From: Longimicrobiales bacterium
GTDB taxonomy: Bacteria > Gemmatimonadota > Gemmatimonadetes > Longimicrobiales > Gaopeijiaceae
NCBI GenBank assembly: GCA_965202805.1
Contig: OZ241869.1
Coordinates: forward strand, 512,001 to 576,000
Length of the DNA stretch: 64,000 nucleotides
Direction: 5' to 3'
In this document: positions 9,856 through 20,016 of the stretch, piece after piece
Layout of the letters: each line of letters starts with the position of its first letter
Numbering within the stretch: the stretch's first letter is position 1
Translations under genes and position numbers: made by a program
Notes under the pieces: generated by a model
The model's database searches: none
Seen by the model: only the letters and a program-made list of their open reading frames with translations
What the model was told of the DNA's origin: nothing

Positions 9856-10541
9856 TTGCCCTCACCGGAGGCGGCTGTGGCCCCACCCGCCGCGGCGTCC
9901 CCTCCGTCCGCTGCGTCGGCGGCCGCCGCGTCCGCTCCGGCGCGCGCGAACTCCTCGACTGCGGCCTCGTAGTCCTCCGGGCGGTCGAGGTCGCGCAACC
10001 GGGCCGCCGGCCAGTCGACCTGCACGGCCCGGTCGTGGTGGCGGCGCACCACCTCCCGCCCGCACCCCGCGCGCATGCGGGTCACCTCGGGGAAGAGCAC
10101 CTGGTCGTAGAGCATCGGCGGCGCGTTCACCTCGCCCCCGTACCGCGACACCACCAGCGGCGGCGCCTCCGCGGCGTAGCGCTCCACCAGCGTGCGCAGC
10201 ATGCGCGCGGTCACGAACGGCATGTCCGCGAGCATCACCACGGCGGCGTCGCACGCGCCGGCGACCCCGGCCACACCGGAAGCCGCGGAGGTCTGGATGC
10301 CCGCGCCGTGGTCGGCGTTGAACACGGGCGTGCAGTCCATGTCCGCGATCTCCCTCTCGATCCGCTCGCGCGCGTGCCCAGTGACCACCACCACCGGATC
10401 GAGGCCGGCCTCCCTCGAGACCCGCACCGCGCGGCGCACCAGAGTTTCGCCCGCCACCTCCAGCAGCAGCTTGTTCCGACCCATCCGGGTCGAAGAACCG
10501 GCTGCGAGCACGATCCCCGCTACGCGTTGTCCCCTGGCCAC
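9852..10541 (-). CDS. mocA: Molybdenum cofactor cytidylyltransferase-like (MocA / NTP_transf_3)
   Basis: VLAAGSSTRMGRNKLL, LADMP and DLDRPEDY motifs; cox context (CODH uses the MCD cofactor). Confidence 0.8.
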   Translation of the reverse strand: MARGQRVAGIVLAAGSSTRMGRNKLLLEVAGETLVRRAVRVSREAGLDPVVVVTGHARERIEREIADMDCTPVFNADHGAGIQTSAASGVAGVAGACDAAVVMLADMPFVTARMLRTLVERYAAEAPPLVVSRYGGEVNAPPMLYDQVLFPEVTRMRAGCGREVVRRHHDRAVQVDWPAARLRDLDRPEDYEAAVEEFARAGADAAAADAADGGDAAAGGATAASGEGN

Positions 10542-10599
10542 CTGAGTCCCGGTGCTTCCGGCTCCTTGTTCGTTGCTGGAGGGACGCGGTCCCGCCTGC

Positions 10600-11370
10600 C
10601 TACGGCGACAGACTGAATCCGAAGACGAGAAAGGCGCGGTCGGGATCCGGCCCGTGCTCGTGCTCGTGCTCGTGACCCATGTGGTCCTCTTCGCCGAGGC
10701 GGTTCGCGTTGACGATATACGAGACGCTCACCGGCACCGCAAAGTCGTCGGTGATGACCAGGTCCTTGCTGGCCGATATGCCCAGGTTCACGAACGCGGT
10801 CCCCTCCGTCCCGTAGAACTCGCTCTCGCCGGCGACCATCCCGGCCGTCAGGCTGACGTCGACGTCCTCGAAGGCCGACACCGGAACGCTGGCTTCCAGG
10901 TACAGGGAGTTGTCGGGGTCGTTGCGCGACATCCTCCCGGCGTAGAGCGAGATCGGGAAGCTCTCGGGCCCGCTGAAGGAAGCCGACAGCTCGAGTGTGT
11001 GGGCGTCGGTCACGAAGAAACCGGGTTCCCCCGGGCCGGGGAAGTAGTAGTCCGTGAACCCGAACGAGAACGAGGCGCCGTTCGAGGTGGCGACGGTATA
11101 CGTGGCCCAGAGGTCGTTCTCGTTGGCGCCGGCTCCCGAGGCGGAGATGGAGTAGGAGCCCCAGGCGCCCACCTCCAACCCGCCGAAGCCGAGCGTCAGC
11201 GCGGGCTGCACGGACATCGATTCCCCGAAGTCGATGCCGCGCCAGACGTAGCGGCTGACGACGTCGGCGCCGATGGAGGCGGACTGGCCCTGGACCGGGC
11301 CCGCGAGGGAGAGCATCAGGGCAAGGGTCAGGGTGGACAACAGGACGCGTGCATTACGGGTCGGAAGCAT
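10600..11370 (-). CDS. TorF-like putative outer-membrane porin with a His-rich loop
   Basis: Signal peptide, then ADVVSRYVWRG..SVQP..GAWGS typical of TorF/gcw_chp-like barrels; DHMGHEHEHEHG near the C-terminus. Confidence 0.7.
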   Translation of the reverse strand: MLPTRNARVLLSTLTLALMLSLAGPVQGQSASIGADVVSRYVWRGIDFGESMSVQPALTLGFGGLEVGAWGSYSISASGAGANENDLWATYTVATSNGASFSFGFTDYYFPGPGEPGFFVTDAHTLELSASFSGPESFPISLYAGRMSRNDPDNSLYLEASVPVSAFEDVDVSLTAGMVAGESEFYGTEGTAFVNLGISASKDLVITDDFAVPVSVSYIVNANRLGEEDHMGHEHEHEHGPDPDRAFLVFGFSLSP

Positions 11371-11409
11371 CTGTTTTCTCCATGCGGTTGAGTAGACCTG
11401 CTGGATTCC

Positions 11410-12282
11410 TCACGGCTCGATCCCGGCGTGTTCCTCCCGCACCACCTCCACGCGCGTGGTGAGGGTGGAGTTGGCGGTTCCGCGAAACACGCCACGCACC
11501 GGTGGAACGTCGGCGTAGTCCCTGCCGACCGCGGCGCGCACGTGGCGCTCGTCGCAGTCGCAGTTGTTGGCGGGATCGAAGCCACACCATCCCAACCCGG
11601 GCAACCAGCATTCCACCCAGGCGTGACTTTCGTTGGTTGATTTCTGGCTGGCGTCGGGTCCGAGGTACCCCGAGACGTAGCGGGCGGGGACGCCCCAGCC
11701 CCGCAGGACGGAGATCATGACGTGCGCATAGTCCTGACACACGCCGCGGCCGCTCTCGAGGATGTGCTCGATGGGAGAGTCGGCCGCGGTGGTGCCGGGC
11801 GAGAACTCGAACGCCTCGTAGAGGCACGCAAGCAGAGCGCGAATGCTCTCCAGGACATCGTCCTGCCTCTCGATGCCGTGCGCGGAGGTGAACTGTGCCA
11901 AAGCGGCGGATGACGGCTGCGCGAAGCGGCTGGGCTCGAGCATCAGCCACAGTTCCGGCGTCCGGATGGCCGATGCCAGCGTCTCCCAGGAATCGGGTGC
12001 CGCGTTGGCGGGCATCGCGTCGGGGCGAGAGGTCTCCACGCTGGAGCGGGCGACGATGCGGAGTGCCCGGTGAGAGCCGGGCCGGTCGAAGTAGTGGCCC
12101 TGGTTGCCGAACGGTCCCCGGAACTCGAATGTCGCTCCCCCGGGATCCGTCTCGATCGACAGGTGGTGCACTTGCTGGCGTCGATCCCGAACCGGGGACA
12201 GGAAGAGGGTCATGACCGATCCCCGTACCGGAGCGTCGTAGCGGAACTTCAGTTCGTGCCGGATGGAATAGCGCGCGCTCAC
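11410..12282 (-). CDS. Transglutaminase-like protein (Bact_transglu_N plus core)
   Basis: Catalytic triad motifs GVCQDYAH, SHAWVE and GFDPAN, plus GRDYADV; GTG start at 12282. Confidence 0.9.
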   Translation of the reverse strand: MSARYSIRHELKFRYDAPVRGSVMTLFLSPVRDRRQQVHHLSIETDPGGATFEFRGPFGNQGHYFDRPGSHRALRIVARSSVETSRPDAMPANAAPDSWETLASAIRTPELWLMLEPSRFAQPSSAALAQFTSAHGIERQDDVLESIRALLACLYEAFEFSPGTTAADSPIEHILESGRGVCQDYAHVMISVLRGWGVPARYVSGYLGPDASQKSTNESHAWVECWLPGLGWCGFDPANNCDCDERHVRAAVGRDYADVPPVRGVFRGTANSTLTTRVEVVREEHAGIEP

Positions 12283-13256
12283 GAGGGCAGCCCGGTTTCC
12301 ACGGGATAGTCGAAGTACGTCGCCACGATGATGCCGTGCAGCGCCCGGCTGTCCTTCAGCAGCTCCTCGAGAGGACCTCGACCCTCTCCGGGATCGTCCC
12401 CGTCTGCCGGGTCCGCCTCCACGGCCGCGGACAGGCGCAACACCATGCGGTGGGGAGCCGCCAGGGGATAGCGGGCGCCCCTCGGGTCGATGCCGGCAAG
12501 GAACTTCTCGATGCGTTGCACGGCGAAGGACAGCGACCAGGGCAGCTCCGGGTTGCGGGCCAGGAAAGCGACCGCGGGACCCCGGCGGATCACCATGGAG
12601 TGGGCGCGACAGTAGAACTCGTAGGCGCCGCAAACCCGCAGCAGCCCCGCCCAGGACAGCGAGGGCGCGTCGCCGGAATCCTGGCCGACCCGGTCCCAGG
12701 CGTCCAGCAGAGCCGCCTGGTGCTGAAGGCGTTCGACGAATCGGCCCAGCTCCAGGAAGCGCCATGCGTCGTCCCGGGGCATGCGGGCGTCCACCACGCC
12801 CGCCAGCAGCCGCAGCCGGTCGATCGCCTCGCCCGCGAGCCCCGCCGGTCCCTCCCCCCACGCCCTGGGGAAGTCGCAGTCCCGGATCCAGAAGAAGCCC
12901 TGGTTGAGACAGGTCCAGACGCGGACCGGGAGCCAGGGCCTGAGCTGCTTGGCGTTTTCCCGCGCCATGGTCCAGCAGCGGATCATGGAGTCGGGGTTGG
13001 TGGTTTCCTCGACCAGGCTCGCGGCGAGCGTATAGGCATCGGCGAGCAGAAAGGATTCGGCCTCGTCGGCTACGGTGGGGGTGACGAGCGCATTCTGTCC
13101 GAGGGCGCGATAGACGACCCTCCAGCTCAGCGCCAGCTCGTCGGCGGGGGTGTCCACGAGACGCGTGAGCTGGTACTGGAGGAGCCGGGCCGTGTGCTCG
13201 GTGCGCTCGAAGTAGCGCCCCATCCAGTAGAAGTCCGCGGCCGCCCGCGCGAGCAT
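12279..13256 (-). CDS. Alpha-E domain protein (DUF403)
   Basis: MLARAAADFYWMGRYFERTEH and second ER motif LGRFVER; sits between the ATP-grasp and transglutaminase genes. Confidence 0.88.
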   Translation of the reverse strand: MLARAAADFYWMGRYFERTEHTARLLQYQLTRLVDTPADELALSWRVVYRALGQNALVTPTVADEAESFLLADAYTLAASLVEETTNPDSMIRCWTMARENAKQLRPWLPVRVWTCLNQGFFWIRDCDFPRAWGEGPAGLAGEAIDRLRLLAGVVDARMPRDDAWRFLELGRFVERLQHQAALLDAWDRVGQDSGDAPSLSWAGLLRVCGAYEFYCRAHSMVIRRGPAVAFLARNPELPWSLSFAVQRIEKFLAGIDPRGARYPLAAPHRMVLRLSAAVEADPADGDDPGEGRGPLEELLKDSRALHGIIVATYFDYPVETGLPS

Positions 13257-14776
13257 CAGTCCGGCACCCCGTGGCCCCGCAGCACCCAGAGGTCCTTGCA
13301 GCCCCCGCCCTGGCTGGAGTTCACCACCAGCCCGCCCCTCCGCAGCGCTACCCGGCAGAGGCCGCCGGGAGCGATCCAGGTGTCGGAGCGGCCGCGCAGC
13401 ACGAACGGGCGGACATCCACGTGGCGCGGTTCCAGATTGCCCTCCACGAAGCAGGTCGCCCGCGACAGGGCGAGCACCGGCTGGGAAATGAAGTTGTCCG
13501 GGTGGTGGCGCAGGCGCGCCGCGAACCGCTCGCGCTCGCCGGCGGTGGAGTGCGAGCCGACCAGCATTCCGTATCCGCCCGATCCTCCGACCTCCTTGAC
13601 CACGAGGTTCTCGAGGTTGTCCAGGGTGTACGCGAGTCCCTCGCGCGTGCGGCACATGTGCGTTTCGACGTTGGCCAGGATGGGCTCCTCGTCGAGGAAA
13701 TAGCGGATGAGGTCCGGCACGTAGGCGTAGACCGCCTTGTCGTCGGCGACGCCGGTGCCGGGGGCGTTGGCGATCACCACGTTGCCGGCCCGGTACGCGT
13801 GGAAGAGGCCGGGGACCCCGAGCAGCGAGTCGGAGCGGAAGGTGACCGGGTCGAGGAAGTCGTCGTCGACCCGCCGGTAGATGACGTCGATCCGCCTGAG
13901 TCCGGTGACGGTGCGGGCGTATACGATGCCGTCGTGCACCACGAGGTCCCGCCCCTCCACCAGGTCGGCGCCCATCTCGCCGGCCAGGAAGGCGTGTTCG
14001 TAGTAGGCGGAGTTGTACCGCCCCGGGGTGAGCACCGCCACCCTGGGCGAACCCGCCCAGGAGCCCAGCGATGCCAGGGTCGCGTAGAGCTGCTCCGGAT
14101 AGCGGGCGATCTCGCGCACGTTGTGCGAGCGGTACAGCCGGGGGAACGCCTGCTTCATGGCGACCCGGCAGGCCAGCATGTACGAGACCCCGGAGGGAAC
14201 CCGCAGGTTGTCCTCAAGCACCGCGAAGCCGTCGTGGGTGCGTATCACGTCGGTGCCGCAGACGGAGACGTAGACGTCGTTCGGGACCCGCAGGCCCCGC
14301 ATCTCGACCCGGTACTGGGGGCACCCCAGCACCAGGTCGGGGGGCACGATGCCGTCCTTCAGCGACTTCCCGTTGTGGTAGATGTCCGCGAGGAAGAGGT
14401 TGAGCGCGGTCAGGCGCTGCGTGAGGCCCCGGTCGATGTGGTCCCATTCCTCGGCCGTGAGCAGACGGGGCACGCAGTCGATGGGGATGATCTGCTCCGA
14501 CGCCCGCTCCGCGCCGATGACGGTGAAGGTGATCCCCTCGTGGATGAACCGGCGGGCGACGCCTTCCTGAAGCTGCGCCAGCTCCTCGGGCGGCGCCTGC
14601 GACAGCGCCGTGCCCAGCCGCCGCGAGACGCCGCGGAGGCTTCCGTCTCCGCGGAACATCTCGTCGTAGAAGCGAGCGTCCAGTTCGTAGCGGGCGAACC
14701 CGTCCGACCCGGCCACCCCGGGTCGGGAGTCGTCGGGACAGGCCCGGTCGAAGGATGCGTGCGCGGACGCAGTCAA
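13256..14776 (-). CDS. Circularly permuted type 2 ATP-grasp protein
   Basis: VLEDNLRVPSGVSY, NSAYYEH, YRRVDDDFLDP, GSGGYGM and VVNSSQGGG.KD motifs; exact start (TTG) uncertain. Confidence 0.92.
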   Translation of the reverse strand: MTASAHASFDRACPDDSRPGVAGSDGFARYELDARFYDEMFRGDGSLRGVSRRLGTALSQAPPEELAQLQEGVARRFIHEGITFTVIGAERASEQIIPIDCVPRLLTAEEWDHIDRGLTQRLTALNLFLADIYHNGKSLKDGIVPPDLVLGCPQYRVEMRGLRVPNDVYVSVCGTDVIRTHDGFAVLEDNLRVPSGVSYMLACRVAMKQAFPRLYRSHNVREIARYPEQLYATLASLGSWAGSPRVAVLTPGRYNSAYYEHAFLAGEMGADLVEGRDLVVHDGIVYARTVTGLRRIDVIYRRVDDDFLDPVTFRSDSLLGVPGLFHAYRAGNVVIANAPGTGVADDKAVYAYVPDLIRYFLDEEPILANVETHMCRTREGLAYTLDNLENLVVKEVGGSGGYGMLVGSHSTAGERERFAARLRHHPDNFISQPVLALSRATCFVEGNLEPRHVDVRPFVLRGRSDTWIAPGGLCRVALRRGGLVVNSSQGGGCKDLWVLRGHGVPD

Positions 14777-14810
14777 GGTCCTCGTTGCTCCGGTTGGCGG
14801 TCCGTGGCTG

Positions 14811-16223
14811 CTAGGGATCGCGGTAATCCTGACCCTCGTCGGGATCCACCATCAGCACGAACTCGGGATAGGCTTCCAGCCCCAGCTCGGCGGCATCCTG
14901 TCCCACCTCCTCGACGGTGCGGGACACCCGGACGCCCATGGTCTTCTCCAGGATCGTCCAGACCACGAACGAGACCGCGAAGACGAAGGCGCCCACGCTC
15001 ACGACGCCGATCAGCTGAACGCCGACGTTGGCGCCCGCGGCGATCGACGTGGCGAGCGTGCCCCAGATGCCCGCGAAGAGGTGCGCGGGGACCGCCCCGA
15101 CCACGTCGTCGATCCGGCGCTGCTCCAGGAACTTGAGACCCAGGGTGCAGACGATTGCGCCGACGGCGCCGATCGCCACCGCCCAGCGGGCGTCGACGAT
15201 GTCGGGACCCGCGGTGATGGCGACCAGGCCGGCGAGCGCGCCGTTCAGGCCCGCGAAGAGATCGATGCGCCCGAGAATGGGCCGGGAGACGGCGAGCGCG
15301 GTGATCACGCCCGCTGCGGCCGCCAGGTTGGTGTTCACCAGGATGTTGCTCATGGCCAGCGCATTGACCGCGCCGTCGAGGGCGAGCTGCGAGCCGCCGT
15401 TGAACCCGAACCAGCCGAGCCAGAGGATGAACACGCCCAGGGTGACGGCCGGAATGTTGGACGGCGACATGATCTTGACCGTCCCGTCCTTGCGGAACCT
15501 GCCCCAGCGCGGCCCCACCACGAGGGCGCCGGCCAGCGCGGCCCATCCCCCGGTGGAGTGCACCATGGTGGACCCGGCGAAGTCCTGGAAGCCCATCTCG
15601 GCGAGCCAGCCGCCGCCCCAGTGCCAGGAACCGATGATCGGGTAGATGAAGGCGGTCAGGATCGCCGTGAAGGCGAAGAAGGCCCACATGTTGACCCGCT
15701 CCGCCAGCGCCCCGGAGACGATCGAGGCCGTGGTGGCCACGAAGACCATCTGGAAGAACCAGTCCGAGGTGACCGCGTAGCCGTTCTCGACCACGGCGGC
15801 CAGCGCGCCCTCATCCCCTCCCAGCAGCGCGGCCTCCTCGGCCGACGGGCCGTAGAACAGGTTGATCGACCCGATGAAGCCGCTCACGTCGACGTACATG
15901 AGGCCGTAGCCGACGAAGTAGTAGGTGAGCCCGGCGATCGCGTAGATGCCGATGTTCTTGAGGCAGATCATCGATGCGTTCTTCGATCGCACGGTCCCGG
16001 ATTCGAGCATGGTGAAGCCGGCGCACATCCACATCACCAGCGCGCCCCAGATCAGGAACGAGAAGGTGTTGAGGACGTAGCTCATCTCCGATCCGGATTC
16101 CTGGGCCAGGGCGGGGGCGGGAGCGAGAAGGAGGACGGCGGCGAACAGGCCTGTGAGTGTGCCGATGCGACCGATCCGGGTTCGAAGGGCGCGGGTGGTC
16201 GTGCTGCGTGGACGAGCGTGCAT
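14811..16223 (-). CDS. amt: Ammonium transporter
   Basis: FFQMVF, DFAGSTMVHSTGG, GWFGFNGGS and DDVVGAVPAH motifs (twin His retained); GGAGA RBS before ATG 16223. Confidence 0.95.
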   Translation of the reverse strand: MHARPRSTTTRALRTRIGRIGTLTGLFAAVLLLAPAPALAQESGSEMSYVLNTFSFLIWGALVMWMCAGFTMLESGTVRSKNASMICLKNIGIYAIAGLTYYFVGYGLMYVDVSGFIGSINLFYGPSAEEAALLGGDEGALAAVVENGYAVTSDWFFQMVFVATTASIVSGALAERVNMWAFFAFTAILTAFIYPIIGSWHWGGGWLAEMGFQDFAGSTMVHSTGGWAALAGALVVGPRWGRFRKDGTVKIMSPSNIPAVTLGVFILWLGWFGFNGGSQLALDGAVNALAMSNILVNTNLAAAAGVITALAVSRPILGRIDLFAGLNGALAGLVAITAGPDIVDARWAVAIGAVGAIVCTLGLKFLEQRRIDDVVGAVPAHLFAGIWGTLATSIAAGANVGVQLIGVVSVGAFVFAVSFVVWTILEKTMGVRVSRTVEEVGQDAAELGLEAYPEFVLMVDPDEGQDYRDP

Positions 16224-16363
16224 GGTGTCTCCGGTGATGATGTGGTTTATCGGGTGCATCCCGCGTTTTGTCGCCCCCATGAATGAAATCGTCGCTTTCT
16301 CGAACGGTTTCCCTGTCGACGGACACCCATCGCCCTGACGACGGGTTCAACATCGAATGCGTC

Positions 16364-16408
16364 ATTATCTGTGTCGGTTTCCCGTTCCGCAAGCCGTCAC
16401 AGGCTCAT
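16364..16408 (-). promoter_or_regulatory. Putative sigma70 promoter of amt with upstream ATGAGCCTGT box
   Basis: Minus strand reads ATGAGCCTGT-6nt-TTGCGG-17nt-GATAAT. Confidence 0.5.
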
Positions 16409-16472
16409 GTTGCGCGGGTCGCCGGGGGGCCGCTTTGCGCATCGCCAGGCGGAAGTGTGATATCTTTCCTCC

Positions 16473-17468
16473 ATGAGATTTCCCTACCTTCCCGACGCTC
16501 CGGGCGGCTGCGTTCCACTCTTCCTGGCCCCCCAGGCGGGAGTGAGCGAGTCGCCCTTCCGCCGCCTGTGCCGGCGCTTCGGCGCGGATGTGGTGGTGAC
16601 GGAGTTCGTGAGCGCGGAGGGCATCTGCCACGGAAGCGAGAGAACGCGTGCCTACCTGCGCTTCGAGGAGGAGGAGCGGCCCATCGGGGTGCAGATCTTC
16701 GGCGCGCGCCCGGAGAGCATGGCCGAGGCGGCTGCGCTGGTCTCCGACGTGTACCAGCCCGACTTCATCGACATCAACTTCGGGTGCCCGGTGAAGAAGG
16801 TGGTGAAGCGCAACGGCGGCTCCGGCTGCCTGCGGGATCTGGGGCTGGTGGAGCGCATCGTGCGCGCGGTCGCGCGCGCGACACCGTTACCGGTGACGAC
16901 CAAGATCCGTAGCGGCTTCGACGAGAAGACGCGCGACCCGGTCACCATCGGTCTGCGCTGCCAGGACGCGGGCGCCGCCGTGGTCACCCTCCACCCGCGG
17001 ACGCGCGCGGACATGTATTCCGGACACGCGCGCTGGCACGAGATCGCGGCCCTGGTGGACGCGCTGGACATCCCCGTCGTGGGCAACGGCGACATCAAGA
17101 CCGGCGAGGACGCCCTCCGCATGCGCGAGGAGACGGGGTGCGCCGGGGTGATGATCGCGCGTGCCTCGCACGGCAGCCCCTGGGTGTTCGCGGGGGCCCG
17201 GGCCGCCCTCGACGGCGAGCGCCTTCCCCCGCTTCCAGACCCGGCCGAGCGCCTGGCCATCTGCCTGGAGCATGCGCAGAACGCGGTGGACTTCGAGCGG
17301 GATCACCGGAAGGCGGTCATCGAGTTCCGCAAGCACATGGGCTGGTATACGAAGGGGCTGCCCAACGGGCGCCGGCTCCGGACCCGGCTCTTCAGCCTGA
17401 CCACCCTGGAGGAAACACGGGAAGTGCTGAAGTGCTATCTTGAACGGGAGCTGGCGAGCGCCGCCTGA
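16473..17468 (+). CDS. dusB: tRNA dihydrouridine synthase B
   Basis: LAPQAG, IDINFGCPVKKV, KIRSG, HPRT and GNGDI motifs. Confidence 0.92.
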   Translation: MRFPYLPDAPGGCVPLFLAPQAGVSESPFRRLCRRFGADVVVTEFVSAEGICHGSERTRAYLRFEEEERPIGVQIFGARPESMAEAAALVSDVYQPDFIDINFGCPVKKVVKRNGGSGCLRDLGLVERIVRAVARATPLPVTTKIRSGFDEKTRDPVTIGLRCQDAGAAVVTLHPRTRADMYSGHARWHEIAALVDALDIPVVGNGDIKTGEDALRMREETGCAGVMIARASHGSPWVFAGARAALDGERLPPLPDPAERLAICLEHAQNAVDFERDHRKAVIEFRKHMGWYTKGLPNGRRLRTRLFSLTTLEETREVLKCYLERELASAA

Positions 17469-17549
17469 GCGCGGCGGACGCGAGCGACGGGCGACCACAA
17501 GAGCAAAGGAGAACGTGCAACGGACCCAGAGCCGTCTGCACCAGACCGA

Positions 17550-17902
17550 GGGGGCGTAACGGCTTCGACGTGTTTGGTGAACGCGAGGTAGCGTGCCGAG
17601 GTCCGGGACGCCTCGAAAAAAACCCGGAATCAACACAATTGCCAACAATCACATGGCGATGGCTGCCTGAGTTTTCTCACAGCCCGTCTCCTGGCCCGCC
17701 CGCCCATGGCAGGCCCTGCAGGCGTCGACAAGTTGGGCTGGCCCGCGGCGATGCCGTCGCACCGCGGGCGAGACATTCGACGGCTAGTCGGGGAGTCGGC
17801 GGGTCGCTGGCCGCTCACCCGATGAAGCGCAACAGCGATCTACGCACGTAGAAGCTTCGCCGGACCCACTCGCGGACGCGGGTTCGACTCCCGCCGCCTC
17901 CA
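17550..17902 (+). ncRNA. ssrA: tmRNA; tag peptide (A)ANNHMAMAA
   Basis: 5' GGGGGCGTAACGGCTTCGAC pairs with 3' CGCCTCCA, including the G3:U wobble; T-arm GCGGGTTCGACTCCCGC; tag ORF 17641-17670; CCA not encoded. Confidence 0.95.
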
Positions 17903-17920
17903 TCCCACCCTCCCAGGAAC

Positions 17921-18508
17921 GTGAACAGCAAACTCCGCATCCTCGCCGCCATTCTGCCGGCGGTGCTTCTTCTCGACGTCATCACCAAGCGCTGGGCGCT
18001 GAACGCGCTCGGCGGCGGACGCCGGATGGAGATCCTCGACGGCCTCGTGCCGCTGACCCTCGCCTTCAACCGGGGCGCGGCCTTCGGCATCTCGATCGGC
18101 AACGATCCGCGCTGGTTCTTCATTCCGGTCACCATCCTGGCCATGGGGCTGCTGGCCGTCCTCTTCGTGCAGAGCGAGAGCGGGGACCGGGTGAAGGTGG
18201 TGTCGATCTCGCTCATCCTCTCCGGCGCGCTCGGCAACCTGGTGGACCGGGTGCGCTGGGACCGGGGCGTGGTGGACTTCATCGGCCCCATCGACCTGGG
18301 CTTCATGGACTGGCCGATCTTCAACGTGGCCGATTCCGCCATCACCTGCGGCGCCGTCCTGCTCGGCATCTCCTTCTGGCGGGAGGAGCGCACCCGCGCC
18401 CACGAGACGGCTGCGGCCGAAGAGCCCGGCTCCGGCGGGCCGGAGCCGGGCCTTCCGGCGCAGGCGGAGGAGGCCTCCCGCACCACGGAAACGACCCCCG
18501 GCGGCTGA
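17921..18508 (+). CDS. lspA: Lipoprotein signal peptidase II
   Basis: NRGAAFG, GALGNLVDR, VVDFI and FNVADS motifs. Confidence 0.95.
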   Translation: MNSKLRILAAILPAVLLLDVITKRWALNALGGGRRMEILDGLVPLTLAFNRGAAFGISIGNDPRWFFIPVTILAMGLLAVLFVQSESGDRVKVVSISLILSGALGNLVDRVRWDRGVVDFIGPIDLGFMDWPIFNVADSAITCGAVLLGISFWREERTRAHETAAAEEPGSGGPEPGLPAQAEEASRTTETTPGG

Positions 18509-18600
18509 GGGTCCCGAGGGACCCTGAAGCCGCCGGGGGTCGTTTTTCCGGCCGGGGCACCCCGGCCGCTCCCCCGCGGACTACGGCACGAGGTGCTTCG

Positions 18601-20016
<1,416 letters not shown>

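Noticed and set aside
8900..9950. Ala/Gly-rich GDAAAGG segments in the xdhC linker and mocA tail
   Set aside because: Low-complexity linkers expected in high-GC genes.
17880..17930. tmRNA and tRNA 3' ends as integration sites
   Set aside because: No integrase, duplicated att sequence or compositional shift follows ssrA or the tRNAs.
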